Shown: positions 1 through 13,564 of the stretch, piece after piece
How positions within the stretch are numbered: the stretch's first letter is position 1
Layout: every line of letters starts with the position of its first letter
Assembly (NCBI RefSeq): GCF_947568905.1
Contig: NC_079172.1
Span: forward strand, 15,810,001 to 15,874,000
Direction of reading: 5' to 3'
DNA from: Ostrea edulis
Lineage: Eukaryota
DNA length: 64,000 nt
The notes under the pieces: model-generated
The model's input: the letters and a program-made list of their open reading frames with translations, nothing else
Databases searched by the model: none
Told to the model about the DNA's origin: nothing
Made by a program: the position numbers and the translations under genes

Positions 1-618
1 TGGTACAGTGTGATCATGATTCGCATTTATTCATACTAGTAATTAAATCATAGACAATAAAAACAATATTACTTACTTTTTCTTTTTAAACCACTATCTT
101 ACTTTCAAGGTGTTATCATAATCATAATGATACAAATCAGTCGAGACTCGATCGCTCGAGTACAGGACGACATTGGTGGGATGCCGATCTCGATGATTCT
201 TGCATGTAAAATGAATAATTATTAGTAAGTTTCTGTTGATTTTTTTTGCTAAAGGAGCTGCACTAGTTATATAATTTAATATATTAGTTAAAATGCACGT
301 CTTCTTATTAAAATATGTGCATAAATGGAGTTCATATGCCGATCACAATTTCAGATGTAGAATTAAAAAAACCAAAGCATTTTCTGGTTTTTAAAACAAA
401 ATAATTCAATAATACCAATTGTTTTATTGTCTTTTGGTTTTTTTTTCATCACCAAACTTCACACTAATTGCTGATTACAACCATATAAAATGTTTACAAT
501 TACCTATGGGTCGAATTATGCGAGCGTCGAACAACAGGGCTACCGCTATATTTAGAGCGACCCTGAGCACCAGCGACCGCGATCACCGCTACACCTGTCG
601 ACCGCGATCACCGCTACA

Positions 619-834
619 CCGCCACACTCAACATTTTTTCAGTTATATTGGTGGCGCCCAGTTTTTTATTGGTGGAAGAGAGAACCCAGATACAATGTAC
701 CTGGGAAGAGACCACCGACCTTCCGAAAGTAAACTGGCAAACGTTCTCACTTGCAAGCGCCAGTGCCCGCGCCGACAGAGGTGAGAGGCCGTGTGATACT
801 GAGCGCGATGCTCTAACCACTCGGCCACGGAGGC
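619..834 (-). mobile_element. tRNA-derived SINE, same family as 4832-5085, tail missing
   Basis: Reverse complement of the 4.8 kb copy; A-box TGGCCGAGTGG is visible and the B-box region is damaged. Confidence 0.8.
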
Positions 835-1148
835 CCTAAACAATAAGAGGGCGATTGTTATCGTCACACCTCCACCTACAATTTTTGAAGGTACTCACAA
901 ATTAATCAATATCGCTCGCTATGCCCGTAAAACTGGAGACTGCAACATCGGTATAATTAGAATTAGAATAAATTCCCAAATAATCAGATACAATCAATAC
1001 AACGACAGGGACAGGAAAATGTCACGTAAGATTTTAAATACTTCTATAATTATCTTTTTGTTCCCTCGTTTTGTTATCCTCTACAGAAAAAATGATTGGA
1101 GCAGTTGTTCCACGAGAAAAATCTCTCAGGCCTATGAGAGCAAATCAT

Positions 1149-1155
<7 letters not shown>

Positions 1156-1208
<53 letters not shown>
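1156..1208. repeat. (TA)n microsatellite (also (GA)n at 13148-13198 and (TA)n at 27219-27273)
   Basis: Direct inspection. Confidence 0.95.
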
Positions 1209-1216
<8 letters not shown>

Positions 1217-1582
1217 ATATTATAAATATACTTTTATTGTTTAAGACATACATCTTATTAATATATCAAAAAGAGGAAATACAGACAGTTAGACACACAA
1301 ATTCAGCGAATTCAAGAAAGATTTCGCCGAGGTGAAACCCAAGTGATGGACTATGCAAATACGGCATCTCATCTCATTCATTTAGACTGATGTGTTCCAT
1401 GTACATGCATTTCTTTATGTGTTTCATTATTTATCTTTTGAAACGGAATTTTACTGCCCAATTTTAATATTAAACCAAATTACCTGTGATTTGTTACAAA
1501 ACAGACTATAGGTTACCTGTAATTATTTTCCTTTGTTCTTTGACACTCTTACCTGTGCACCATTCCCGTCTAGTTAATACCA

Positions 1583-2603
1583 CCTTCACACTCACGGATT
1601 TTTCTTACAACTCCTTACGGATCTTTGACTCGTAGTCAATCGCAAGCATTCGTAAATCACTCGTCGGTATCCGTTAATAACTCGTCACAACTCGTAAGGA
1701 TCCGTGAAAGTAGGGGCAAATTTTTTGACATGTCAAAAAAAAATTCACGATTGTCCACAGATTTCATTTTCGGTAAATAACCCGTAAATAACTAACAATC
1801 CGTAAGTATGGTAAACTGGTTGCAAGAACACGTAAACTGTTCGTAAGAATCCGTAAAACACCCATAAAAAGTTTTTTTAACGAATATTTGCGGTTAGTTT
1901 ACGATATGTTACAGATAGTGTACGAGTTGTTTACGGATTATTACGAATGCCTAAGTGATATTTACGATTTCATTCACGTCGGGTTACAATCGCTTTACGG
2001 ATTGTTCAGAGTCATTACGAGCACTTTACGTATAGACACGATTACTTTACGAGTACATGCTTAAACTTTGCGATTAAGGAAAGGTATAAAAGACGCAAAA
2101 TGTGACAGTTTCTTTCAGTTGCTATCAAGACATCAAAGAAGTTACACATCTTGCATACAATATACATACATGCTGTTACAAGTAATGTCAGTTGTCTAAT
2201 GATGATACAAAGCCAATTGCGAAAACTTTTGAGTCAAAAACGTAAACAATCGTAACTAACTCCTAACTATTCGTAACAGCATGTTATCAACACGTTAACA
2301 GGTCGTGATTTACACGTAAAAGCAAAGCTAAATCGTAAATTTCCGTAATATACTCGTAACAATCCCTAAAAAGCTCGTACAATGTCATAAATTGCTAGTA
2401 TTTATCCACGTTCACTCGTAACAATTCGTAAATGTGTGCCGTAAGTGCATCGCAAGCACTCGTAATGAACCGTAAATAGTCCGTAAATACTCTTAAAACA
2501 TTCTTAAATAGTTTTTTAAAGTGTCTAAATCGTAACAATCCGCGTACTTTACGGATTTGTGGAATATGTAAAGACCCGGAAGAAAAGTCCGAGAGTGTGA
2601 AGG
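1583..2603. mobile_element. Non-autonomous DNA transposon with ~25-bp inverted repeats and a CGTAA/TTACG-rich interior
   Basis: ACCTTCACACTCACGGATTTTTCTT (1582-1606) vs its reverse complement at 2580-2604, 23/25 match. TACCA flanks both ends. Element-like sequence may continue to about 2745. Confidence 0.65.
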
Positions 2604-2813
2604 TACCATAAAACCAATCACCCGTACAGATTTAAGAATTTTAGCTATGTGGGAAGACACCGTATATGTAAATAAAAGACAGTGGGTAAGAAACAAGATA
2701 TGAAATATGCACAATGCGAGACAAAATGTACGACTGTAGCAACCTAATTAAAATTAGATCCTTTAGACTGAGCAAATAAACAGATTGGATTGAGGTTCAA
2801 AGAACATGCTTAC

Positions 2814-2942
2814 CGGTTCGGCACCGTCTTGAAAAGTATTGTGAAGATATCGTTTCAGCAAGCACGTTTTGCCGGTGTTGTTGTTTCCTAATATCACAAG
2901 TTTCATTTGAAAACCACTGTCGCGGGAATTAGCCCAATTCAT
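2814..2942 (-). CDS. Rab24-like GTPase, first coding exon, copy V4 (not in ORF track)
   Basis: Hand translation MNWANSRDSGFQMKLVILGNNNTGKTCLLKRYLHNTFQDGAEP, 129 nt, P-loop intact, phase-0 GTAAGC donor. Confidence 0.8.
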
Positions 2943-4831
2943 TATAAAGCTGTATAATGAAAAGTGTTAAAACGAAAGTCGCAACTACATTGTATAAGTA
3001 GTTATTACCTGTTCGTTATTGTTTCATTGTTTTTTTTATCAGCGCGATTTATCTATCACTGATAGGAAGTCGATATCTTCAATTTATGGCCCACTTTCAT
3101 ATTTGTTTTAATACATATTGTTTATGTAGATAACTCATCTGCTTTAGGAGATGCATGTTAATGTTTAGACCTTAGTATGACACTAAATGTGGTAGTAGTG
3201 AGGGTTCTTTATCATGCCAACGCATATAGCAGCACAGGACCTACGTTTTTAAGTAATATTTAGTTCCGCCGCTTGGCGAAGAAACAGCCACTATGCCTTA
3301 GTTTGCCTTTCATTATAGAAAAGGGATAGAGAAGTAAATTCGGACCTCCCGTTTGGGAAGCAAGACCACCCCCCCCCCCCCCCCACATCGCATGCAATAC
3401 AATGTGCATGTAATTCAATCTAAAGGTCATAATGAAATATATAAATTAAAACAGAGTTCCATTAAATTACTGAAATAGATTCTTTTTCTCAATTTTATCA
3501 ACTGAAGAAGCTTTGATGAATAGACGAATTATTCTACAGAAAGCGATTTTCTACAGAATATAAATTTTATAGTAGTCATCCAGTTTTCAACATTCATAAA
3601 ATGGAATAGTCTGCGTCTATCAAGGAAAAATGTTTTCCTGAACATTTTATCAGCATCAATATCGAGAATTCGATTTACCTTTAGTGTCACAGAAAGTTTA
3701 GTTTTTATTTCTAATAGCAAAGGAAAGTTAACTCTAATAAACCAACTGGAAAAGTTCCATAGTTACGGCACATGCATGTTGCAATCGCATACCGAGGAAT
3801 ATGAAAATTAAACAGTGTCTTGATTTTTTTTTTGATTTTTTTTTTGTGGCAAATATCATGATGTGATCTAATTGTAAACTATCTCATTAAATATACTAAT
3901 ATACTAAAATTACCGTCCAAAAGTATGTTACAATTGTAATGCATTCCAAGATGTCAAATCTATCAATCAATTTCATGAAGATATTAACATTTTTAAACCA
4001 CTATCAAACAGGTTCCGTCCGTTAAAGTTACATTATTGATTTAACCTATGCAGAAAATCTACTAAATGTACACATGAAAATCAGGAAATTGGACGTCCAC
4101 ATAAGGGTTTGGTACAAGTATGTCTTAATTTGCAAGAGAGAATTGAAAATAGAATTTCATAACAGGACTGATACCCGCGCAGGACTCATCCATATTAGTG
4201 ATATTTAGATAGACGATGGCGTATTCCTAGTATATTTATATGGTGTTGTCACTTTTTTGTGAAATACTAAACATCCGCAACCCCTTGGTTAGTGTTGTAT
4301 CATATTGTAAATAACCAACAATGCCAATCAGACATTATCCATGTTCAAAGTGCTATAGAATTTACATTTGCAGCACATTTATCAATATTTTAAGGAGACA
4401 AATACTCCAGATGTTGTGTATAAATTATCAACCCATCAAGTAGAAACGCTATGTGTCTCTAGATGAAGTATACATCGTGAAATATGCGATCTTTGCGCCG
4501 AGAATAATAAGCCCAATAAGTGGTGCTTGGAAGTTTGACATTCCAAAGTATTTCCTTCAAAACGTGATTGTAGAAAATAGTTTTCTATGCATCAGAGAGT
4601 ATAATTTACTCAGCACTGTTTCAGGATCTACTGAGAAAAATGAGCTTCGTGTCACTTAATGACTTATACCCAGATCTGATATTCGAAGAAATCGTGAAAG
4701 AATCAGCCTCCACTTTGTGGTGAAAACATCTTACAATAGATGCCTATAAGAAACGATAAAGACCAAGAGAAAGTATCCATAGAATGAACACTCGTTATAG
4801 TCATGAGAGCGATGGACTTAATAGGCGGCTG

Positions 4832-5085
4832 GAAAGCCTCCGTGGCCGAGTAGTTAGAGCTCCGCGCTCAAAATCACACGGTCTCTCACCTCTGGTCGGC
4901 GTGGGTTCGAATCCCGCTCGTGCCGGTAAGTGAGAACGTTTGCCAGTTTATTTTTGGAAGGTCGGTTGTCTCTTCCCAGGTACATTGTATCTGGGTTCTC
5001 TCTTAGACCAATAAAAAACTGGACGCCACCAGATAACTGAAAACTTGTTGAGTGTGGCGGAAAACAGCAAAACAATCAATCAATC
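4832..5085 (+). mobile_element. Full-length tRNA-derived SINE with target site duplication
   Basis: A-box TGGCCGAGTAG, B-box GGTTCGAATCC, (AATC)n tail; 11-bp direct repeat ATAGGCGGCTG at 4821-4831 and 5086-5096. Confidence 0.9.
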
Positions 5086-5799
5086 ATAGGCGGCTGTATA
5101 CAATCTCATAGGCTTCAACTATCCCAGGCAAATTGAAATAAATCATAAGTTTGTGTGCTCCCATTGTCGCAAACCACGGTTTTGAGTCCACACTCCCTCC
5201 TGATGGAGAGAATCGAATAGAAGCACCCGTGGGTAACCGACGATGGTGTGCTCCTAGAGAATTAAATTGTTGAATGCCTTGAATGATATAGCCGTTTGAT
5301 AATTCTTATAAATATTTCTATGACAACACAACATGAAGAACACAATTAGATTGTATCTTATCTGGAGTTGGAATTCCAAATAATGTTAGGTGAAACAACG
5401 GACTAAAACAATCGTGTGTGTTGTGACAAATCTATGCATGTGTGTTTGCTGTATAAACTTTTGCATAAATATGCCCAACGGTGTTTGCAAACTACATTTC
5501 ATTCCTTTTAAGTTTGTCTAAATATTACATTAAAATCTTCATAAACCCAAAAAAAAAAACCTTTCATCATGCACCTTATTCGCTTGTTTCCAACGATCGT
5601 ATCAAGATGTTTCGCCATACAGTCAGTGTTGTTTACTTATGTTACCTAGTGAACCGGAACTACCCAGTGAAATTACAAGCGGTGTCAAGGGGGGTTACTT
5701 TGTATACCGGTAGCTAACCATTACATGCCCACTCACAGTATATCGAGTAACATGAACATACGAAAAACACTGTTCTGGAAAATCCTAGTGAAGTATGCT

Positions 5800-6320
5800 A
5801 AAAATCCATATCATATATGTATGTCCTATCACCCCGAGTGGCCCCATAACAGTCCGAGGGCTGATATGTGGTCCGAGGGCTGATATGTGGTCCGAGGGCT
5901 GATATGGGGTCCGAGGGCTGATATGTGGTCCGAGGGCTGATATGGGATCCGAGGGCTGATATGTGGTCCGAGGGCTAATATGGGGTCCGAGGGCTGATAT
6001 GTGGTCCGAGGGCTAATATGGGGTCCGCGGACTGATATGTGCTCCGAGGGCTAATATGGGGTCCGCGGACTGATATGGGGTCCGAGGGCTGATATGGGGT
6101 CCGAGGGCTAATATGGGGTCCGAGGGCTGATATGTGCTCCGAGGGCTGGTATGTGGTTCGAGGGCTAATATGGGATCCGAGGGCTGATATGTGGTCCGAG
6201 GGCTGATATGGGGTCCGAGGGCTGATATATGCTCCGAGGGCTGATATTTCGTCCGAGAGCTAATATGGGGTCCGCGGACTGATATGCCATATGAAATGGA
6301 TTTCAGCGTGTAACATACTC
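5800..6320. repeat. 20-bp minisatellite (GTCCGAGGGCTGATATGTGG, about 22 units) inside a small TIR-type element
   Basis: Tandem units at about 5854-6290; flanks GTATGCTAAAAATCCATATCATAT and ATATGAAATGGATTTCAGC..CATAC are imperfect inverted repeats. Confidence 0.75.
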
Positions 6321-6542
6321 AAATATTGTATACATACAGTATAGTGTTTTAGGAGGAAATTTTATCTGATAGCTGGGGTCCGAGGGCTGGTTTTACATGA
6401 TGATATTCTATCTATCACAGGCAGGTTACTCTGTTGCATTTTAAAGGTAGATCAAGGAAGATTTGGTACATTGCCCGACTATGGTAAAAACCTTCATGCA
6501 TGAATTTACTATTTAAAAACTTTAGTACATTAAATCACTGTA

Positions 6543-6972
6543 GTCATGAAAATCTTGATACATTGATATACCATGGTAAAATCTTGATACATTGATATAC
6601 CATGGTAAAAGTCTTGATACATTGATATACCATGGTAAAAATCTTGATACATTGATATACCATGGTAAAAATCTTGATACATTGATATACCATGGCAAAA
6701 ACCTTGATACATTGATATACCATGGTAAAAATCTTGATACATTGATATACCATGGTAAAAATCTTGATACATTGATATACCATGGTAAAAACCTTGATAC
6801 ATTGATATACCATGGTAAAAACCTTGATACATTGATATATCATGGTAAAAATCTTGATACATTGATATATCATGGTAAAAACCTTGATATATTGATATAT
6901 CATGGTAAAAACCTTGATACATTGATATATCATGGTAAAAATCTGGATACATTGATATACCATGGTAAAAAC
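6543..6972. repeat. 30-bp minisatellite CATGGTAAAAATCTTGATACATTGATATAC, about 14 units
   Basis: Direct inspection; it produces three spurious repetitive ORFs. Confidence 0.95.
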
Positions 6973-7248
6973 ATTGATTGTTACTAGCGAATACCTAATT
7001 TCCAGATTGATATGCATTTTTCGCGGACAGGTAGTTGATATGGATTATTGTGACGTCATCTGTATCACAGGGTGCGGAATTGAATAAAATGTACGTAAGA
7101 AATAAAGATCAAGTTTTCGTGAATGCTGCAGGATAACCTCTGAGGTCGAGAAATGTTGTTTAAAAATCTAAATGCCGATGGAGGCGTTTCAAACAACATT
7201 TCTCAACCTGTGATGTTATCCTGCACCATCCATGAAAACATGAACTAC

Positions 7249-7530
7249 CACAGATGCCTGAAGTGTGGGAAGCTTGTATAGATCTTATGTTCATAACACC
7301 AACACCCCCCCAACCCGAATAGTATCTCACAAGTGGTCATCTCAAAAGCTTACAGAAGGTACAAACTGACTATTCAGAACGACTTCTGAGGGTGATCAGT
7401 GGGGATATAACATATTTTGGATAAATGTTTGGTTCTGTATAAAATAATTTCATTGGGATGCGGGGGGTGGGAGTGGGGTGGGGTAGGTACATAAGATCTA
7501 TACAAGATATCCACACTTCAGGTGCCTGTG
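7249..7530. mobile_element. MITE with CACAG.. TIRs and 8-bp TSD (P/hAT-like)
   Basis: CACAGATGCCTGAAGTGTGG ... CCACACTTCAGGTGCCTGTG; flanks TGAACTAC/TGAACTAG. A related fragment lies at about 35870-36016. Confidence 0.7.
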
Positions 7531-8112
7531 TGAACTAGTACAACTCAAAAATATACAGCCGATCGTTTACCTATACAGGTTCGAATTAGGTCAACGTGAC
7601 GTCATGGCAGTTTCAGAAACGGATTTGTCGTAGGCTTACATATTTTTTGTGCTGACGAAAAAGGTGAGATGGTAGGGTATACAATATTTCATGCATTTAA
7701 TTTGATGTTGACGGATTATACATCTGCTTTGAATACACAATCCAAGATAAATATACACATGAGGAAGTTGGATAATTTGTACATCACCATGTTTGTTTAC
7801 GTCAATCAACTTCGAAGTAAAAACGATCGATTTGTATTGAATTAAAATTACTCTTCCGTCATTTATAAATTTGATTTGCAACATAAATTGATTGTGTTTT
7901 TCATTAATATAAAACTGAATCATCAGTTATCGACTTTATTGTTGTATTAGCGAAACACAAACTGCACGTGAGATGTTTATCGATTTTCTCATAATCCGTT
8001 CTTACGTATGAAAGTATATCGCAGAATAATGAACAGGGCATTCTTTTGGACTTTGCAATATCCATGGTAGAATGCAATATCACAATATTTAAAATTCATA
8101 TTGTATATGTAA

Positions 8113-8885
8113 GGTGAAGATAACGAATAGTGATCAATCTCATAACTCCTATAAGCAATACAAAATAGATAGTTGGGCAAACACGGACCCCTGGACACAC
8201 CAGAGGTGGGATCAGGTGCGTAGGAGGAGTAAGCATTCCCTGTTGACCGGTCACACCCAACGTGAGTCCTATATCTTGATCAGGTAAACGGAGTTATCCG
8301 CAGTCAAAATCAGTGTGCCAAGAACGGCTTAACAATCGGTATGAAACACGTCAGACAGCATCTGACCCAATGCGAGGTTGTATTGACAAACTAGATCGTT
8401 ATAACGACCATATAATTTGCGAAATGCTGACTTCAATCGAGACGGTTGAAACCCCTGTACCATCAACTTGTTTGTCAGTAGCTTACCTCGATTCAAAAAC
8501 TGACTATACGCAGAACAAGCTCTTGCATATCGAATCAGTTGAGATATATAAACACCATATGCAGGTGATAATGGAATATTGCTACATAAATATGGAGAAG
8601 CTGAAATCATCCCGTTTGTCATACAGTTGAGTTGTCAGTTTGCCGTTAATGCCTACTTTCAATAAAATATGTAAGTATGAAGCAGAAGTGGACGACTCTG
8701 TGGTGTCCTTTATTTCGAGCTCACAGGGATATATCAAATCGACATATGAATGAAAGCTATTATTGTTAATAGACAAAACGTCATCGATATATCTAAATGT
8801 CGAATTGAAGGCCACAGCGAGAGATTTTTTCTTCTCGCGTAAAAGTTTTTGAATATGAAATATGAAATAAGCTAATTGCTGCATG
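8113..8885 (-). mobile_element. 5'-truncated Penelope-like retroelement (RT C-terminal half and 3' end), frameshifted
   Basis: FNSTFRYIDDVLSINN (RT YIDD), YDKRDDFSFSI, NIPLSPAYGVYISQLIRYARACS; shares its terminus with 24228-26090. Confidence 0.85.
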
Positions 8886-9928
8886 CAAAAAAACAACAAC
8901 AACAATAACAAAAAAACAAACAAACAAACAATCACATAAATTGAATATTTACAGGATGTATTACAAAATCGTCGTCATGTAAATAACAACTGACTAGTAT
9001 AATGTAATATTTCCATCAAATAATGAAATCCCATTAGAGCATTTCTCACTCATATTGAGACGTCTCTAGCTTCAGTGTAAGTGATTTTATGATCTACGCA
9101 TGACGCTCAAGGCCGAAGCACTGAGAGTTATTTATCGGCCAACATAAATATCAATGTGAAATAATACACTGTGTCAATGAAGTACAATATTTATATTATA
9201 GTTATGTTACATCAACATCATATAAACAAATAAACCCTGTGCATATATTTAATATCCCATGCACTACATACATGTCAGACAGTTATGTTGTTACATTTCT
9301 TCAGAGTTTTTTTCAAAAAGGAAGTCAAAATATGGGACTGGTTTTACGAGAGGCAAGATGGAGTGGATGTATCAACCAACCAACCAACCCATCCCCCACC
9401 CCCGGATGTTTATACAAGTAGCGGACATCGTTTACCAAAGAGAGAGCAGATACATATGAATAGCTTAGTGTTACGTTATTGACAAACATCCAGAGTGAAT
9501 TATCTTGAATTAAAAGAAATATGGCAAGTTTAAATTCATTGTTGGAATGAGAAATCAGAGAACAGAATTAAAAAATAGTCGAGTACATTGTTGTAGTAGA
9601 TGAAAATTTGAAATGGAAGAGGGTAATTTACTGTGAATCACAGGATGTCGTGAAGAACTACATATACAAATGTGACTATAAAACAACATGACCTATATAT
9701 ATTGAGGTTTGTGAGCAGCACTTGAAATAAATTTTCAAATAATGGTGGACAATTCTCTAAAATCAATATAGTAAATTAAGGAGAGGGTCGAAGGTTTGTA
9801 TTGAGCGAAAAATTGGTACCATCTTCCAAGATCATGAATTATTGCTAATCCTTATATGTAAGACTTTAAATACAAAAATCAACAAAAGCAGCGCATGAAG
9901 TTTGATTTACATACAATGTGGTACTTAC

Positions 9929-10048
9929 AGCCTCTGTTTTATAAAATCTGTCATGGGCGAATCTGGCCACAAGGCATGTTTTCCCAGTAAAGGCATATCC
10001 TAGCAATACTGTTTTAACAGGTAATTCACTATCATCAGATTTCCCCAT
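9929..10048 (-). CDS. Rab24-like GTPase, first coding exon, copy V3
   Basis: MGKSDDSELPVKTVLLGYAFTGKTCLVARFAHDRFYKTEA, 120 nt, P-loop intact, phase-0 GTAAGT donor. Confidence 0.8.
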
Positions 10049-13000
10049 TCACGATGATTTCATTACCCGTCTACCACACACTTAATACACACAAACTATT
10101 GAGCGAGTGAATGCTCATCAGTTAAAACATACTTAACGTGTACAGATACTATGTTTCCCTGTCGATGGCTGTGCACAAGGAAAGTAAACATGATTTTCTG
10201 AAATATGACAACAAATCCACTGATTGTAATATGTGTATGATGAAATTATTTAAGGAAATTCTTTGGGAAAAACAAAGAAAAACGGGGATAGTAAAGAATA
10301 AGGGACTGGAAAGAAGAAGTCAATGGGTCACACTGCTCCAATGATTAATCTTGCCTATACATATATCTTCCCCTGTTGTACTCTACCAGGATCATAGTAT
10401 GAGGACACCTGTGTTTACACTTTGTGTGGGATGCTCTTTGATTTGACAAACATTATTCTTGAAGTTATTGGAAGACCCTCTTTTTAAAAAAAAAAAACTA
10501 TACATTCCTATGTACAAATGTAAACTACATGAGCACACTAAGCGCATATGAATTTGACAAATTGCAAATACAGATTTTAGAAGGAATTTTTATCATAGAT
10601 TTTTTCTTATTTTATGCATCCAATTCAGATTCTGCTTTGACTTCATAGGTCACGGTTGACCTCATAGGTCACGGTTTGAATAAATCTAACTTACGTTACA
10701 GGTAGATATTTGCAAATTACTTTAACAAAATTAGGCTTGTGGTTTTCAACTGACAGCGAAAAAAATATTTTAAGATTTATTTTAATACACAATCTCCCTA
10801 AATGTGGCCCCACCCTGACCTTTGACATCATGATTTGAACAATTTGCAATACGCACCACATAAAAAAACTTGTAAAATAATTTGACAAATTTAAGCCTTG
10901 TCCTTCTTGAGAACATTTTAATACATTTTCCCCATACATTCCTATACGTAAAACGTTTCAACCCAAACTGTGGTCTGTCCTGCCCCCTGGGGTCATAGGT
11001 TGAACACCATATGAGGATACCTACATACTAATATGACAAATTGTAGAATCCCTGTTCTTGAGAAGATATTTCAAAAAATTTTCTAACATAATCTTTTAAA
11101 ATATGAAACATGAGGCCCATTGGCCGTAATGGTCACCTGGCCATCCACAACCAAACAGTAAGTCTTTCAATTGACAAAAATATCAATGTTACTTACAATG
11201 TAGTTGCACAATGTACTTTATAAAATGATAGCATGATTTAATAAAATACAGTGAGCAAATATCGTAAAAATAAAATCAGTAAAAAATGTCATTTGTTATA
11301 TCAAACTTTATTTTGTGTTAAAGACATTCATCGTGTCATCAGCGCATTACCCCATACATTTGTGTATGTGCGCCCTTCCTTATCGAAGCAGTAGATGTAT
11401 GCAAGGTGAAGATAACGAACAGTGATATGTTTCTATTCAGCTGAGCCCTATACACTCACCCACATTCAAATAGGTGACTACACCATGGCAAAACTTTAAT
11501 AGATTTCTAAACGTTTGTCCAATACATCATTTATATTAAACATTTATATCATTTACAGCTCACTCGGGTAACAAAATAAAGATCTAAAGCAATAAAATGC
11601 ACTCATCCCCTTCAAGACCAGCACTTTTTCACAAGAGGGTATAAAATCTAAAACTTTTGTAGACATATTTACGCTTTCTCTAACTATGCATTTAATTTAA
11701 ATCATACTTCAAAAACTGAACAAATTCCAGCCATCAATCATTTTAACCCCGTCCCACCTGACCCTGACCTTTTACCCTAGGAACTATGAAATGCAAAACT
11801 TGTATATAACTATATACTTTCTCTAATATATGCATTCAGTTTACATTCAATGCCCGCAAAACAAAAAACAAATTTCAACCATTGGTAATTTAAAAAAAAA
11901 ACTCCCAAAACTTCTTGTCCCTGGTCTCCTGCTCCAGGGCACTTTATTAAGTTTTTGTTTACAGATTTATCCTCTGTTTAAAAGTGAATTATCAAAAGTA
12001 TTACTTAACGACGAAGATTTTGTGACATTAATAATAGCCATTTACATTTACTGGCACTATGACCTTAACTTCTCTCCTGGCTGGAGGTCATGAACTTTAG
12101 AAATTTTGCAGACAACTTTATCGTCTTTTTAAAAATGCATTCAGTTTACATTCAATATTAACAGAACAAAAGAAAGAGAGTAATTTATACATGTACTACA
12201 TGTGTATGACGATTTTTGCCCTGCTGTAGTCTGAACCATAATCCATGAACCAAGAAATTTACAATTTTGGTGGAAGACTTCCTGCTCTTTCTGAATATGC
12301 TGTCAGTTTTTATTTGGTATTAACAGAAGAAAAGAAGAAAAGTTTTGAACATTACAGAAATTAGTCCTTTCCTGGCACGGTAAATATCAAAATCATAAAA
12401 AGTCAGGAAAACGTCGGATATTTCGGACTATACAGACATTAACATTATATACCAATTTGGTCCCCACCCTAGAATCCAAACTCCTGACCGGGGGGGGGGG
12501 GGGGAGGGGTCATGAAATTCACAACCTTGATAGAGGATTTCCTAATCATTCAGTTTTCCTTTCAGATGTGAGAATAGTCAAAGTTTGGCAATATTGTCCC
12601 GTCCGTGGGTCCCTAGAGTGCAAAAGTAATAAAATGTATAATTTGGGTTCATCTTGTCATGTTAGTTACCAAATATAATGATTTTTAAATTATCAAAAAG
12701 AATTTGAATACGTGTATTTGTTTTGTTCAATGGCAGCTGAAATGCAAGTTCTGCTTTTCTAGACCTGACAGAGAAGTTTAAAATGTGTAAAGTTAACAAC
12801 GATATACTTTAATTCGTACATCTACCGGAAACCTAATTACATGCAAATGTCTTCTGAACAATACAATTGTTGATCATATTGTACATTAAAGCTAGTACAT
12901 TGTTACCCGATTGAACATCAACGGAAAAATCTCGAGTGTTTAACAAAATCATTGGAGGAAGTTTATAAATATTCAGGCAAACACACTCACTAACACACAC

Positions 13001-13143
13001 TCACTACAACACGTTTTGTTTGAATAGAATTGTGTTCATAGCTCACATGATTTGGATTACAGTTGTATATGTACCTTCGATTTTATTATTGATTTTCTAC
13101 TATTACAATAATATAAGTTAACTGTTCTAATTCAAGGGCAGGT

Positions 13144-13201
<58 letters not shown>

Positions 13202-13564
13202 AAGATTCTACAACAGAAAAGTTAAAAAGACAGATTTGCTAATGGGATTGTGTGTGTATTTGTGTATACTATATAACTATTTTCGTGTCAACTTAACATT
13301 GGGCGATTCTTCAGGTGGATGAAAAATGTTTGAGGTGAAATGATTTCCTCATTGGTAAACAATGATATACCTATTATGTACGTATACAAGTACAGGTGAA
13401 ATACATATATTGAATTTATATTTACTGTATTAAAACCTGGACTGTGTGTGTGTGTGTGTGTGGGGGGGGGGGGGTTGTAACACGATTGTTTCTGTTCTAC
13501 CCCTTACATGCATAGCTCCTGTTTTCCTATAAGTTGTACCTCATGTAATTAGATTTCCTAAAGA

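Noticed and set aside
1019-1335. YI-repeat ORFs
   Set aside because: These are translations of a (TA)n microsatellite.
3500-4720. Open frames on both strands (3529-3720, 4453-4659 and neighbours)
   Set aside because: No recognisable motif, and trial splicing gave stops. This may be old TE debris, but I cannot assign it.
4836-4925. Possible tRNA-Ser/Leu gene
   Set aside because: The cloverleaf is imperfect and continues into a SINE body with tail and TSD; a second copy lies at 619-834.
5430-5482. TVGHIYAKV peptide resembling Rab exon 2 (TIGAAFVAKV)
   Set aside because: There is no acceptor AG before it, the spacing is wrong, and it does not continue to GIW/DTAG.
6530-7017. Three overlapping repetitive ORFs of 131-157 aa
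   Set aside because: These are read-throughs of a 30-bp minisatellite in both orientations, with no unique coding context.
8313-8630. ORFs MCQERLNN... (also 24408-24698)
   Set aside because: These are antisense shadows of the Penelope-like RT frame.
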